A stretch of DNA of 64,000 nucleotides from a bacterium (lineage in GTDB: Bacteria > Zhuqueibacterota > Zhuqueibacteria > Residuimicrobiales > Krinioviventaceae). Under the pieces are notes generated by a model that was given only the letters and a program-made list of their open reading frames with translations, had not been told where the DNA came from and did not search any database. Shown here piece after piece: positions 1-11,180 of this stretch (position 1 is its first letter; every line of letters starts with the position of its first letter). A program made the translations under genes and the position numbers. The stretch is taken from the NCBI GenBank assembly GCA_963674595.2, contig CAXXFV010000006.1, positions 128,001 through 192,000 on the forward strand, written 5' to 3'.

Positions 1-285
1 AAATGCAATTCCTGAATTTTATTAATATAGCATTTTATGTTCAGAATTCTGAACAGTAAACTTGAAAAAATTAAACCTCTGTCGGATTTTGTCCTGTCTA
101 TTGGAATAATGTAAGTGGATTATCACCCTGTTGTTTAAAATGTAATGAAATGTAAAAATATATTTTGTCTGGTATATAACCGAATAAAATACTATTTTTA
201 TACAAAATTTATATTTATGTTAGTTTTCTTAAATTCATAATATCAACATAAAATTTTACAATAGAAACTCTAGGAATAACAAAAA

Positions 286-1446
286 ATGAAAAAAAGGCAG
301 TTGTTCATTATTGGTTTAATGGCAGTCATTATCTTATTCAGTTACCTGACAATGAAGTTCCTCATAGCACAAAAACCGGCTATACCCAAACGACCTCCCA
401 AAATAACCGAAAGATGGGTTGAGGCTGTTCCTGTCAAGTATGATGATATAAAGTCTTCTGTGGTTGCTGAAGGACGTGTTATGAGCACTTCAGAGGTTGA
501 AATTGTTGCCGAGGCGTCCGGGCGGATTGAATCGGGAGATGTACCTTTGAAAAAAGGACAATCCTTTTCAAAAGGGCAGGTCTTGTTAACAATTTATCGT
601 GATGAAGTTGAACTGGAGCTTAAAGCACAAAAAAGTCAGTTTTTAAACACAATTGTTAATTTACTACCGGATATAAAAATAGATTTTCCTGAAAGATATG
701 CAGATTTTCAACAGTTTTTAGAAGAAATAAAACTTGACGGCACAGTTCCTCCTCTTCCGCATATTCAATCAGAAAAGCTGAAAATATTTTTAGCCAGCCG
801 AAATGTTTTAGCAGACTATTTTTCTTTAAAACAATCGGAATTAAAAGTCAGCAGACATACAATTCTGGCTCCCTTTAACGGCACCTTTCTCGATATTTAC
901 ATTCAAGCAGGCGCTTATACCAGTACAGGTGGTCGTATTGGAAAAATGATCTCAACAGATGATTTGGAAGTGGAAATACCCGTGCCGACAAAAAATGCTG
1001 AATGGATAAACATTGGTGATCCGGTCCAGCTTCAGTCTGTTGATCGTCAAACGCAGTGGACTGCTAAAGTTGTAAGAATTTCCGATTTTATTGATGTTTC
1101 AACTCAATCCCGCAGTATTTTTGTCCGCGTGCCATTTGAAAAAAATCATCCACTTTATAGCGGTGAGTTTTTACGGGCCACTTTTAAAGGTGGAATTGTT
1201 CCACAGGTTATGGAGATTCCACGAAATGCTGTTTTTAATTATGATCAGGTTTTTGTTGTAAATGACAGATTATTAAAAATAAAAACAGCCGAGGTGGTTA
1301 AACTAAATGAAACAACAGCTTTGATTAAGGGACTTGATGAGGGAATCATTATTGTGGTGCAACCTTTAATAAACGTTGCTGAAAACACCCCTGTAAAAAT
1401 ACTTGGCATCGATAAAAATACTGATGAATCCAAAGAGGGGAATTAA
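286..1446 (+). CDS. RND efflux transporter periplasmic adaptor (membrane fusion protein)
   Basis: N-terminal TM anchor, lipoyl/hairpin pattern (EIVAEASGRI...ILAPFNG), IPRNAV motif; immediately upstream of an RND permease. Confidence 0.9.
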   Translation: MKKRQLFIIGLMAVIILFSYLTMKFLIAQKPAIPKRPPKITERWVEAVPVKYDDIKSSVVAEGRVMSTSEVEIVAEASGRIESGDVPLKKGQSFSKGQVLLTIYRDEVELELKAQKSQFLNTIVNLLPDIKIDFPERYADFQQFLEEIKLDGTVPPLPHIQSEKLKIFLASRNVLADYFSLKQSELKVSRHTILAPFNGTFLDIYIQAGAYTSTGGRIGKMISTDDLEVEIPVPTKNAEWINIGDPVQLQSVDRQTQWTAKVVRISDFIDVSTQSRSIFVRVPFEKNHPLYSGEFLRATFKGGIVPQVMEIPRNAVFNYDQVFVVNDRLLKIKTAEVVKLNETTALIKGLDEGIIIVVQPLINVAENTPVKILGIDKNTDESKEGN

Positions 1447-1447
1447 T

Positions 1448-4400
1448 ATGCGGAAAATTGTCAGCACTTTTGTTAAATTCCCGTTTTATGCAAACCTTGT
1501 TATTGCATTTGTCCTTATTGCCGGTTTTATATCCCTGGGCAATATGAAAAAAGCATTTTTCCCCGAAATTAAAACCAGATTTATTAGTGTTTCTGTTTAT
1601 TATCCGGGGGCATCTCCGGTAGAGATGGAAGAAGGTGTAACCAGTCGTATTGAAGAAGCCGTGAGAGGCATTGTGGGGATCAAAGAGATTACCAGTACAT
1701 CCAGAGAAAATTCTTCTTATATATCGATAGAAACCACAGGCCGATATGATATTGACGAAATACTTATGGAGGTTAAAAATGCTGTTGATGGTATAAGCTC
1801 TTTCCCTTCAGCCGCAGAACGACCTATTGTCTATAAACAGCGCAATACTTCACGGGCGCTTTTCTTTACACTTTCCGGAACGGATGATATTTTTACTTTA
1901 AAAGAGTATGCATACCGTATTGAGGATGAATTTTTAAATTCAGGTTATATAACACAAATGACGCTTCGCGGCGCTCCAACTCCTGAAATTAGCGTTGAAG
2001 TACGTGAGGCTGATTTATTGCGATATAATTTGACCATCTCTGAAGTAGCACAGGCCATTTGGAATAACAATCGTGATATATCCGGCGGTCAAATTAAATC
2101 CAGTGATGAAGAAATTATGATACGTTTGCGTTCCCGTAGTGCCGATCCGGATGTTATAGCAAATATACATCTTCGCGGCACTCTTGAGGGAGGGTCTCTT
2201 CGTATCAGAGATATTGCAACCGTTAAGAAAAAAGCCCCGGAGACTTTTTATCCGGCTTTTCGTGCACGTAAACCTTCAGTCACGTTTGCTGTTGATAAGC
2301 TGCCGGAAGAAGACCTTGAGGCTATTGATAAATATGTTTCAGAATACGTTGAAAGATTTAACCAGGAACACTCTGGTGTTGAACTGCGCATCAATTTCAG
2401 CTTTTTATCTATTCTTAACAGTCGTCTTCAGGTTTTGATCAATAACGGACTGATCGGTTTTGTACTGGTTGTTATATCATTAACACTTTTTCTCTCGTTT
2501 GGTGTCAGTATCTGGGTTGCATGGGGTATACCGGCATCGTTTCTTTCCATGTTTATAGTTGCCAATCTATATGGAATAACCATCAATATGGTCTCGTTAT
2601 TTGGAATGATTTTGGTTATTGGGATACTTGTTGATGACGGCATTGTTATTGGTGAAAACATATTTTCTCATTTTGAAGAGGGCAAGGGACATATGCTGGC
2701 GGCCGTGGATGGAACGCTTGAAGTAATGCCGGCAGTTTTTACATCAATTGCTACAACGGTTGTTGCTTTTATGCCTTTGCTTTTTCTACAGGGCACAAAT
2801 ATGGAAAGCCAAAAGGAAACAGCTTTTGTTGTTATTGTTTCCTTGCTGCTTTCACTGGCCGAAGCTTTTTTTGTTCTTCCCGCTCATTTGGGAAATAAAC
2901 ATATTTTAAATCGGGACCGTATGTCTCATCGTAAACACACGGTTAAAAAGGTTATTGAAGATTCCATTGTATGGTTTCGTGAACATGCTTACGGTCCGTA
3001 TATTGAATGGGCCCTCAAGTGGCGTTATGTGATGGTCGTGGTTCCTGTTGCGCTTATCATGATAACCATGGGATTCTTTTTAGGCGGATTTATTAAAAAG
3101 ACCTATTTTCCTGTTGTCGATTTTGATAGTTTTGAAATAAATATTGCTTTTGTTCCTGGTTCAGGCAGTGAACAGACCTACAAATACTTGCACAAATTTG
3201 AATCAGTTGTCTGGCAGGTGAATGATGATCTGAAAAAAAGTATGAACAGAACAGAAGATATTATTCGTGATACCCGGCTTCAGGTTGGTAGTGCATTTAC
3301 CGGTCAGGAAGACGGTGCTCATGCCGGACGTTTGGTTGTTTATCCTGTGGATTTAACCAACATGGAATTAACAGGATTAAAGATAGCTGAAATGGTTCGT
3401 GACAAAATTGGTCCGGTTCCTGAAGCTGAAAAATATACAGTGGGCGGACGAAACCGGTGGGGTTCACCTGTGGCAATCAGCTTAATGAGCCGTAACCTGG
3501 AAGAACTGGAAGCAGCGAAAAACCAGTTGTACCAGGAACTTGGCGACATCCCAGCTTTGAAGGATATTATTGATAACAATGCCCAGGGAAAACAGGAAGT
3601 TTTGTTGAAATTAAAACCAAGGGCTTATTACCTGGGGTTGGATGAGGCTTCTATTGCCAATCAGGTTCGGCAGGGATTTTATGGCGACCAGGTACAACGA
3701 CTTCAGCACGGCAGGGATGAAATCCGTGTTTGGGTTCGTTTACCGCAAAGTGATCGCAGCGCCATTGGTAAGCTTGAACGGCTGAAAATTAAAACAAGCC
3801 AGGGTAATTTTCCTTTGACTGAACTGGTGGACTATGAAATTAAACGCGGGCCCGTAGGTATTCGTCGATTCAACGGGCAGCGAGAGATGCGTATTGAGGC
3901 TGATCTGGTAGATCCTTATGATTCTGTACCGGATATTCTTGCCGCTATTAATTCTAATATAATTCCCAAAATTAAGGCACATTATCCGTCTATACAGGTG
4001 CTTTATCAGGGCCAGCAGCGTGAAAGTATGCAAACCGTTAATAAATTGCAGCTTTACTTTGTATTGGCTTTTGCCGTTATCGTACTTATATTAATGATCC
4101 ATTTTAAAAGTGTGGAACAATCTATTATTATCCTGGCCATGATACCTCTATCTTTGGTAGGTGCGTTTTGGGGCCACTGGATACATGGCAAACCCATTTC
4201 ACTACTTTCAGCGATGGGAATGATAGCCTTGTCCGGAGTTATTATTAATGATGCGGTTATCTTTTTGTCAAAATACAACCAGGTTGTGGCAGAAGGGAAT
4301 AAGGTTAATTGGTCTATTATTAAAGCCGGAAAATCTCGTCTGCGGCCAATTATTTTAACAACGCTGACAACAGCCATCGGGTTGTTTCCGTTAATACTTG

Positions 4401-4615
4401 AATCCAGTCATCAGGCACAGTTTCTTATTCCAATGGCTATCAGTTTGGCCTATGGTGTTGCTTTTGGTACTTTATTTATCCTGTTGTTTTTCCCAGTTTT
4501 AATATTGATTTTGAATGATTTCCGCAGAGTGATGCATAAAATTTGGTCTGGTGAAGATTCAGCGCCGGAGGATGTAGAAATTGCGGTAATTTATAAAAAA
4601 CGGAAAATACAATAA
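1448..4615 (+). CDS. RND efflux transporter permease (AcrB/AcrD/AcrF family)
   Basis: About 1055 aa; YPGASPVEME, GILVDDGIVIGEN and RLRPIILTTLTT motifs; ATG at 1448 follows the adaptor stop. Confidence 0.93.
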   Translation: MRKIVSTFVKFPFYANLVIAFVLIAGFISLGNMKKAFFPEIKTRFISVSVYYPGASPVEMEEGVTSRIEEAVRGIVGIKEITSTSRENSSYISIETTGRYDIDEILMEVKNAVDGISSFPSAAERPIVYKQRNTSRALFFTLSGTDDIFTLKEYAYRIEDEFLNSGYITQMTLRGAPTPEISVEVREADLLRYNLTISEVAQAIWNNNRDISGGQIKSSDEEIMIRLRSRSADPDVIANIHLRGTLEGGSLRIRDIATVKKKAPETFYPAFRARKPSVTFAVDKLPEEDLEAIDKYVSEYVERFNQEHSGVELRINFSFLSILNSRLQVLINNGLIGFVLVVISLTLFLSFGVSIWVAWGIPASFLSMFIVANLYGITINMVSLFGMILVIGILVDDGIVIGENIFSHFEEGKGHMLAAVDGTLEVMPAVFTSIATTVVAFMPLLFLQGTNMESQKETAFVVIVSLLLSLAEAFFVLPAHLGNKHILNRDRMSHRKHTVKKVIEDSIVWFREHAYGPYIEWALKWRYVMVVVPVALIMITMGFFLGGFIKKTYFPVVDFDSFEINIAFVPGSGSEQTYKYLHKFESVVWQVNDDLKKSMNRTEDIIRDTRLQVGSAFTGQEDGAHAGRLVVYPVDLTNMELTGLKIAEMVRDKIGPVPEAEKYTVGGRNRWGSPVAISLMSRNLEELEAAKNQLYQELGDIPALKDIIDNNAQGKQEVLLKLKPRAYYLGLDEASIANQVRQGFYGDQVQRLQHGRDEIRVWVRLPQSDRSAIGKLERLKIKTSQGNFPLTELVDYEIKRGPVGIRRFNGQREMRIEADLVDPYDSVPDILAAINSNIIPKIKAHYPSIQVLYQGQQRESMQTVNKLQLYFVLAFAVIVLILMIHFKSVEQSIIILAMIPLSLVGAFWGHWIHGKPISLLSAMGMIALSGVIINDAVIFLSKYNQVVAEGNKVNWSIIKAGKSRLRPIILTTLTTAIGLFPLILESSHQAQFLIPMAISLAYGVAFGTLFILLFFPVLILILNDFRRVMHKIWSGEDSAPEDVEIAVIYKKRKIQ

Positions 4616-4658
4616 ATGTGACTTGACAATAAAGTTAAGATTTTTAGGAGTTTTGTTA

Positions 4659-5954
4659 ATGATAAACAGGCACTTTATATATATATTGCTGATTTTTGTT
4701 TTAGCTTTTTCAGTTTTTGCGCAGGAACCGCTTTCCTTGTCGGAATCCTTACGTCTTGCACTGGAAAAAAACTATGATATCCGTGTCGGTAATATAGACG
4801 AAACAATAGCGAAAACGAATAACAGTTGGGGCAAGGCCGGGTTACTGCCTACAGTAGATTTTACCCTGTCCGGATCGCATCTGTTGGATTTGGACAATAG
4901 CGACTGGCAGCAGCAATCCGCAACCGGAGGTGTAACCTTAAACTGGCTTCTTTTTAATGGATTTTCAGTCCATATTCAAAAACAAAAGCTGGAACAACTG
5001 GAAGACCTTTCAAATGGAAATTCATCTCTTTTAATAGAACAGACTATTCAGGCTGTAATTTTGTCTTATTATAATGTATTATTACAGCAGCAACAAAAAG
5101 ATGCTTTTAATAATATCAGATCGCTTTCATTGGACCGTTATAAACAAGTCCAGGAACGTAAAAATTTAGGGGCCCTGGTAACCTATGATGTTTTGCAGGC
5201 AAAAAATGCCTGGCTTGAGGATGAAGCCAGGTTTTTACAGCAGGAGGCTACCTGCCATAACGCCATGCGGACTTTGGATTATTTAATGGGATTCCCTGAA
5301 GACAATATATTCAATCTTGTGGATTCTTTGAGAATAGACTGGAAACAGTATGATTATTCAACACTGAAGGACCAGATGTTGAGTGATAACAGAATGCTTA
5401 GAAACAAGTATATACAGCAATATATATTAAACTCAAATGTGAAAATTGCCCGAACTGATATGTGGCCAACAATTTCCTTACGAACCGGTTTTGATGGCGA
5501 CAGGATCAGAACAGATTCAAACGGTGCCTGGGCTTACAGTGATTCCAAAGGATTTTTTGGTACTCTTTCGCTTACCTGGAACCTTTTTAGCGGAGGCAAT
5601 AAAAACCGTGCCGTAAAAATTGCCAAGATGGACCGTGAGATAGGACAGATTGAATTGGAAGCATTACAGCACAGTTTGGCCATTCAATTGACAACCCATT
5701 TGGAGCAATATAACGTTAATAAAAAATTGCTGGACGTGGAAACAGAAGCATTACAAACGGCCGAATTAAATTTGCAAATTTCAAAAGAAAAATTTCGATC
5801 AGGCGCGATCAGTTCATTTAATTACAGGGACGTTCAACTTATTTACCTGAATGCTGTTCTTGGCCGTTTACAATCAATCTATAGTTTGATTGAATCTCAT
5901 TTGGAGCTTTTACGCTTAACCGGCGGTATTGTATCAAGTCGTTATTCGAACTGA
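4659..5954 (+). CDS. TolC family outer membrane channel
   Basis: AGGAG RBS before ATG 4659; signal peptide, LSLSESLRLALEKN, duplicated OEP repeats; third gene of the RND trio. Confidence 0.9.
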   Translation: MINRHFIYILLIFVLAFSVFAQEPLSLSESLRLALEKNYDIRVGNIDETIAKTNNSWGKAGLLPTVDFTLSGSHLLDLDNSDWQQQSATGGVTLNWLLFNGFSVHIQKQKLEQLEDLSNGNSSLLIEQTIQAVILSYYNVLLQQQQKDAFNNIRSLSLDRYKQVQERKNLGALVTYDVLQAKNAWLEDEARFLQQEATCHNAMRTLDYLMGFPEDNIFNLVDSLRIDWKQYDYSTLKDQMLSDNRMLRNKYIQQYILNSNVKIARTDMWPTISLRTGFDGDRIRTDSNGAWAYSDSKGFFGTLSLTWNLFSGGNKNRAVKIAKMDREIGQIELEALQHSLAIQLTTHLEQYNVNKKLLDVETEALQTAELNLQISKEKFRSGAISSFNYRDVQLIYLNAVLGRLQSIYSLIESHLELLRLTGGIVSSRYSN

Positions 5955-6032
5955 TAAACCGTTTATTCTTTGGCAATATTTTTAAAATTAAAATCCATTA
6001 AAAACCGTAAAAAACCTTTAAGGAGGTTGATT

Positions 6033-8081
6033 ATGAAAAGATATTTAGCCCTTTTCATCCTGATTTTTTCAAACATGGCCTTTTCCGGTGGTGATCCGGC
6101 ATTTAACAATGTTTGGAAAATAATTCCAACAATGAGTTCTGATGATACCCGCTATAATCGTAATCTTGAAATGGATATTCGTGTAAATGGAGATGAGGTT
6201 ACAATTATTAGCGGTAGCGGCCGAAGATATGCAGATACTTTGACTGTTGTAACAGATGGAAAATTTATTAATAAACCAATTACACAGATGTTTAATGCTA
6301 CAACCATTTACCAGGGATTACATCCGGTCCGTGATGGCGGGTATAAAATATCAGCAGCCTGGCAAAATGAAGGCCGAACACTGTTAATTAAAAAACATTA
6401 TGATGTGGAAGTGGCCCAGGGAAAAACAACGCTTAAAGAATCACATGTTTTTGAGTTGAATAAAAACCATGAATTTTTAAAATATGAGATCAACCGTGAG
6501 TCCCGAACCGATAATCCAATGATCAGTTATACGTTTAAAGTAAAAGACAGCATGAACGCTTTTGTTACTTTTTTAGACAATGACTGGGACGTACAAGGTG
6601 GTTTGGACAGACAAGCCATGATGATTGGATTGGAAGGTCTGGTTAACCGTAATGCCCCTAATTTTTATTGTGTTTATCCGGAAGAGTGGCAATTTACTTA
6701 TACAAAACGGTTATACGAGTGGTATGGCGAAAAGCGCGGATATACTTTTACTACAATCGAAACTCCCAAACAAGCTGTTGAAACTTTTCGTGATTATATT
6801 AAAGGATACGTCGTTTGGGATAAAAACGTTCGCACGTCACTCATCGTTGCTTTTACGATAGCCGGTTTGAATGACGCTGTTGTCGCCAGTGAAGATCAAA
6901 TTCCGATGCTGGATTCGCTTGGCTTTTCAATGGTTAAGGATTTGAGAGGTCTTTTTACGGATAAAAATGATGCGGAAATTTATCAGTGGGCAAAGGATAA
7001 ATATTGGGACCAGTGCAGCCGAAAATACATTATCTGGTTGGGCGGGCATTCCGGCAAAGTATTGCTTCCGGGTGTTGCTGACTGGGGTGTTGCACAACGT
7101 GCTTTTATGCAAGACCTTTCAACAGACCCCAAAGATACGGATGAGTATAATTTAGCAAAACAACTTTTAGGTGATATGGACAGTGACGCACTTGTTATGG
7201 GCTGGCATTCTTATGGAAAAGACAGCGAGGGACAGCATGTTACATTGTGTTCCGGTTTTGGTTTACCTGTTGAAGGCCTTCACAGTCTGCCAAATGTCAG
7301 TTTTGAACATCAGATTGGTTTTTCAGAGGGATTTGAATTTAAAAACAATCATAATATTGAACCTGGTAAAAAGTATATACCTGAAAACAAAGTTTATATA
7401 GCCTGTGTTCAGACAGATGGTATCGGTATCGGCGCGTGGTTGAAACCAGGCCGTGGCGAAATCCCTTATGCCTGGGAAACTTTGATGAATTACAGTTGGT
7501 TAATGCCCAGTTTACTGGAATTTTTCTACAGTACTTCAACACCCAATGATTATTTTATCGGCTGTCTATCCGGCCCTGGTTATATGTACCCCAAATCTGT
7601 TCCGCCGGATAAATTACCCGGTCTTTTGAAAAAGGCAAATGGTTTGATGGAAAAACTGGATTTACGTGTTTTTGATATTATGGACCATTCCAGAGGCGTT
7701 CCAAGATATGAATATGCCAACCTGACAAAGTCAGTTGTAGATGCCTATTATGAAGCCATGCCGAATGCTATCGGGTTCGTAAATGGCTACCGACCCGCCA
7801 ATACTTATGATATTCGAAATGGTGTTCCCATGATTTCATTTGAATATTATTTATCTCCAACTGTGTCGGAGGAAAAAGCAGCCGCTGATTTGATCGAATT
7901 AGGCAGTTTGAATAAAAAACGTCCTTATTTTCTGTTGTTGCATATTCGTGAAACAAGTGCTGTTGCTCGTGTAAAATCCATCTTGAACAGACTTCCCGAA
8001 GATTATGAACTGGTCCCTCTTGATATTTTTCTAAAAATGGCTGGTGAAAAACCCGGATTTGAAAAACGTTATATCGAATAA
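6033..8081 (+). CDS. Secreted GxGYxYP-domain putative glycoside hydrolase
   Basis: AGGAGG RBS, signal peptide, SGPGYMYP (GxGYxYP) motif, and GLVNR, KGYVVWD and VMGW segments typical of the family. Confidence 0.75.
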   Translation: MKRYLALFILIFSNMAFSGGDPAFNNVWKIIPTMSSDDTRYNRNLEMDIRVNGDEVTIISGSGRRYADTLTVVTDGKFINKPITQMFNATTIYQGLHPVRDGGYKISAAWQNEGRTLLIKKHYDVEVAQGKTTLKESHVFELNKNHEFLKYEINRESRTDNPMISYTFKVKDSMNAFVTFLDNDWDVQGGLDRQAMMIGLEGLVNRNAPNFYCVYPEEWQFTYTKRLYEWYGEKRGYTFTTIETPKQAVETFRDYIKGYVVWDKNVRTSLIVAFTIAGLNDAVVASEDQIPMLDSLGFSMVKDLRGLFTDKNDAEIYQWAKDKYWDQCSRKYIIWLGGHSGKVLLPGVADWGVAQRAFMQDLSTDPKDTDEYNLAKQLLGDMDSDALVMGWHSYGKDSEGQHVTLCSGFGLPVEGLHSLPNVSFEHQIGFSEGFEFKNNHNIEPGKKYIPENKVYIACVQTDGIGIGAWLKPGRGEIPYAWETLMNYSWLMPSLLEFFYSTSTPNDYFIGCLSGPGYMYPKSVPPDKLPGLLKKANGLMEKLDLRVFDIMDHSRGVPRYEYANLTKSVVDAYYEAMPNAIGFVNGYRPANTYDIRNGVPMISFEYYLSPTVSEEKAAADLIELGSLNKKRPYFLLLHIRETSAVARVKSILNRLPEDYELVPLDIFLKMAGEKPGFEKRYIE

Positions 8082-8082
8082 T

Positions 8083-8119
8083 AAAAAAAGACCGGAAAAA
8101 TTTTCCGGTCTTTTTTTTT
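8083..8119. terminator. Bidirectional intrinsic terminator between convergent genes
   Basis: AAAAAAAGACCGGAAAA / TTTTCCGGTCTTTTTTTTT inverted repeat with A and T tails. Confidence 0.85.
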
Positions 8120-8173
8120 AATTTGGTAGGAAGCATCAAAATATTTAATAAAAGCAGAGTTTTATAAATCATC

Positions 8174-8205
8174 AATGAGATCGATTTTTCGATCTCATTT
8201 TTTTT
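8174..8205. terminator. Second hairpin next to the nrdJ stop
   Basis: AATGAGATCGA-TTTT-TCGATCTCATT followed by a T run on +. Confidence 0.55.
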
Positions 8206-10953
8206 ATGAACATCCGCTTGTTTCACCACAATTTAAACATTTGTAACAGGCCCCGTTTCTTACCATAATGCTGCCACAGGCATGGCAGGGGGGAGCGTCG
8301 TCCTGGTCCTGAAACGTATTTTCCTTTTTATTTATAAATGTGGATTGTTTATCCAGTTCAGCTTTTTCAAACTCTGTCATATCCGAAACATCTACTTCCG
8401 GTTCACTTTTAGGAGCAAGATATTTCTTTTCCAGCCATCTGAAAATATAATCACTAATAGATTTTGCAATAGGTATTTCGTTATTATTTGTGAATCCATA
8501 GGGTTCAAATCGTGTGTGCGTGTATTTGTTTATAAATGTTTCCAGGGGCACACCATGTTGTAAGCCTATGGAAACCGCAGTAGCAAAAGAGTCCATAAGG
8601 CCGGAAACGACAGATCCTTCCTTGGCCATAACAACAAAAATTTCTCCGGGTGTTCCGTCATCATATTCACCCACAGTTACATAACCTTCATGGCCGGCAA
8701 TGTTAAATTTGTGTGTCATTGCCCGGCGTTCATCCGGTAAACGGCGCCGTTGGCCGATAACATGTTCGTCTTTTGTCTCATTAGACTTACTGGTCATAAG
8801 AGGTTGGGTTCTTTTTGAACCGTCCCTGTAAATGGCAACCGATTTTAATCCCAGTTTCCATGATTCCTGATATACATTTGCAATATCATCCGGTGTGGAT
8901 TCATTCGGCATATTAACCGTTTTGGATATGGCGCCGGACAAGAATGGCTGAACCGCTGCCATCATTTTTATGTGCCCCATGTGCTGGATGAATCGTTTTC
9001 CTTGAGCCGGTTTAAAGGCACAGTCAAAAATTTCCAGGTCTTTTTCATCAAGATGCGGGGCGTTTCAATTGTATCGTTCTTTTTTATGTATTCCAGAATG
9101 TCGTTAATCTGGTTTTTAGCATAGCCTCTGCGTTTAAGTGCCGGTCCAATGGTGCTGTTTACAAGTTTAACCATGCCGCCGCCAACCATATTTTTGTATT
9201 TAATAAGGGCGATGTCCGGTTCAATGCCTGTGGTGTCACAGTCCATCATAAAACCAATTGTTCCTGTTGGTGCTAAAACCGTTACCTGTGCGTTCCGGTA
9301 GCCATATCTTTCTCCAAGTTCAATGGCATCGTTCCAGGACTCTTTGACAGCTTCATATATTTTAGGCGGAACATGGGATGAGTCTATGTTTTGTATGGCT
9401 TTTTTATGTTTATTCATAACGCGCATCATGGCAGATTTGTTTTTTTCAAATTCTGTGAATGTGCCAACTGAGCTTGACAGAATTGCTGATGTTAAATAGG
9501 ATTGTCCTGTAAGCAATGCTGTGAGTGATGCTGCCATGGCTCGTCCGGCATCACTGTCATAAGGAAATCCATAATACATTAATAATGCACCCAGGTTGGC
9601 ATAACCCAAGCCAAGTGGACGAAAAAGATGACTGTTGCCTTCTATTTTTTCGTTCGGGTAACTGGAGTTGGAAACGATAATTTCCTGGGATATAATTAAT
9701 ATATGTATGGCCCGGCGATAAGCTTCAATGTTGAAATTACCATTTTGATCGATAAATTTCATCAGGTTAAGAGATGCCAGGTTACAGGCCGAATTATCAA
9801 CAAACATGTATTCACTGCACGGATTTGAAGCATTAATGGGGGCAGATTCGGGGCAGGTATGCCAATCGTTTATTATGGAATCAAACTGAATACCCGGATC
9901 GCCACAAACATGAGCGGCTTCACACATCTTTTTCATTAAATCACGTGCTTTAAATTTATCTATTTTTTCTTTAGTTTTTACAGCACGGGTGTAAAAATTA
10001 TTATCATCCGCAACGGCACGCATAAATTCATCCGAAACCCGAACACTGTTGTTTGAATTTTGAAAGAAAACAGAATTATAGGCTTCTCCGCCAAAGGAAC
10101 CATCGTATCCGGCATCAATCAATGCCCAGGCTTTTTTCTCTTCTTCAACTTTACAATTGATAAATTCATTTATATCCGGGTGATCAACGTTTAATATAAC
10201 CATTTTTGCGGCGCGACGGGTTTTTCCGCCGGATTTAATAACACCGGCAAACGCATCATATCCTTTCATAAATGAAACAGGACCTGAAGCCTGGCCGCCT
10301 GTGGAGAGTTTTTCTTTTGAAGATCGAAGTGGTGACAGGTTGGTACCGGTCCCGGAACCCCATTTAAAAAGTAAACCTTCTGTTTTTGCCAAATCGAGAA
10401 TGGATTCCATTGTGTCTGTAACGGAATTTATAAAACACGCAGAACATTGCGGTCTCTCTTCTACGCCCATGTTAAACCATACCGGGCTGTTAAAGGCAGC
10501 TTTTTGGTTTACCAGTAAATGTGTTAGTTCCGCTTCATATGTTTCAACATCATTATCACTTTCAAAATATCCATCCTTTTTAGCCCACGAGGCCAGTGTT
10601 TTGGCAACACGGTCAATAAGATGTTTAACACTAGTTTCGACATTATTTGTTGATTTATAAGTGTGGAAATATTTTGAGGCAACTATATTTATAGCCGTTT
10701 GTGACCATGGCTTGGGTACTTCGATATCATCCCGTTGAAAAATGACTTTACCTTTGTCATTTGTAATTGCTGCTGAACGGGTTTCCCATTCAATCTCATC
10801 ATAGGGATGCACATTTTTCTGGGTAAAAAATCGCTGGATTTTTATTTTTTTACTTTCTTTTATATCATTACCGGATTCGATAATTTCCGTTTCAGGGTTT
10901 TTGGGATAAAAATTGTCAAAATCAAGCTGTGATTCAGAATTATTATCTTTCAT
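8204..10953 (-). CDS. nrdJ: Class II (adenosylcobalamin-dependent) ribonucleotide reductase with TSCPD and zinc-ribbon C-terminus; reading frame broken by one missing base near 9063-9065
   Basis: FNSPVWFN, SACFI, NPCSEY, LGLGYANLG, APTGTIG in the 5' ORF; SGAISKTVNMP, YRDGSK and CHACG...CLNCGETSGCS in the 3' ORF; GAGG RBS before ATG 10953; adding one A joins the two into about 916 aa. Confidence 0.92.
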
Positions 10954-11145
10954 GAGATTGCCTCTTTTATTTAAGAAAACGTGATGAATCTCATTCAAAT
11001 ATGAGAAAATATATTATTACTTTAGTTTTATATATGAAACTGAATGTGTGTCTGAGGAAATTGAGTTATTTTAAGTAGATTAATAATAATTTAGAATGTT
11101 TAAATCCATATTATCCCACAATCCTTACCACTACCACCGTTGGAC

Positions 11146-11174
11146 AATATATAAAACTGCATTTCAAATGTCAA
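11146..11174 (-). promoter_or_regulatory. sigma70-type promoter for nrdJ
   Basis: TTGACA-17 bp-TATATT on the minus strand. Confidence 0.7.
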
Positions 11175-11180
11175 GCAAAA

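Noticed and set aside
9055-9070. Programmed -1 frameshift, or a natural two-gene NrdJa/NrdJb split
   Set aside because: No slippery heptamer, and the break falls inside the catalytic barrel rather than before the TSCPD domain; a single-base indel explains it.
10954-11145. Cobalamin riboswitch in the nrdJ leader
   Set aside because: No GGGAA...GCCACTG B12-box elements on the minus strand.
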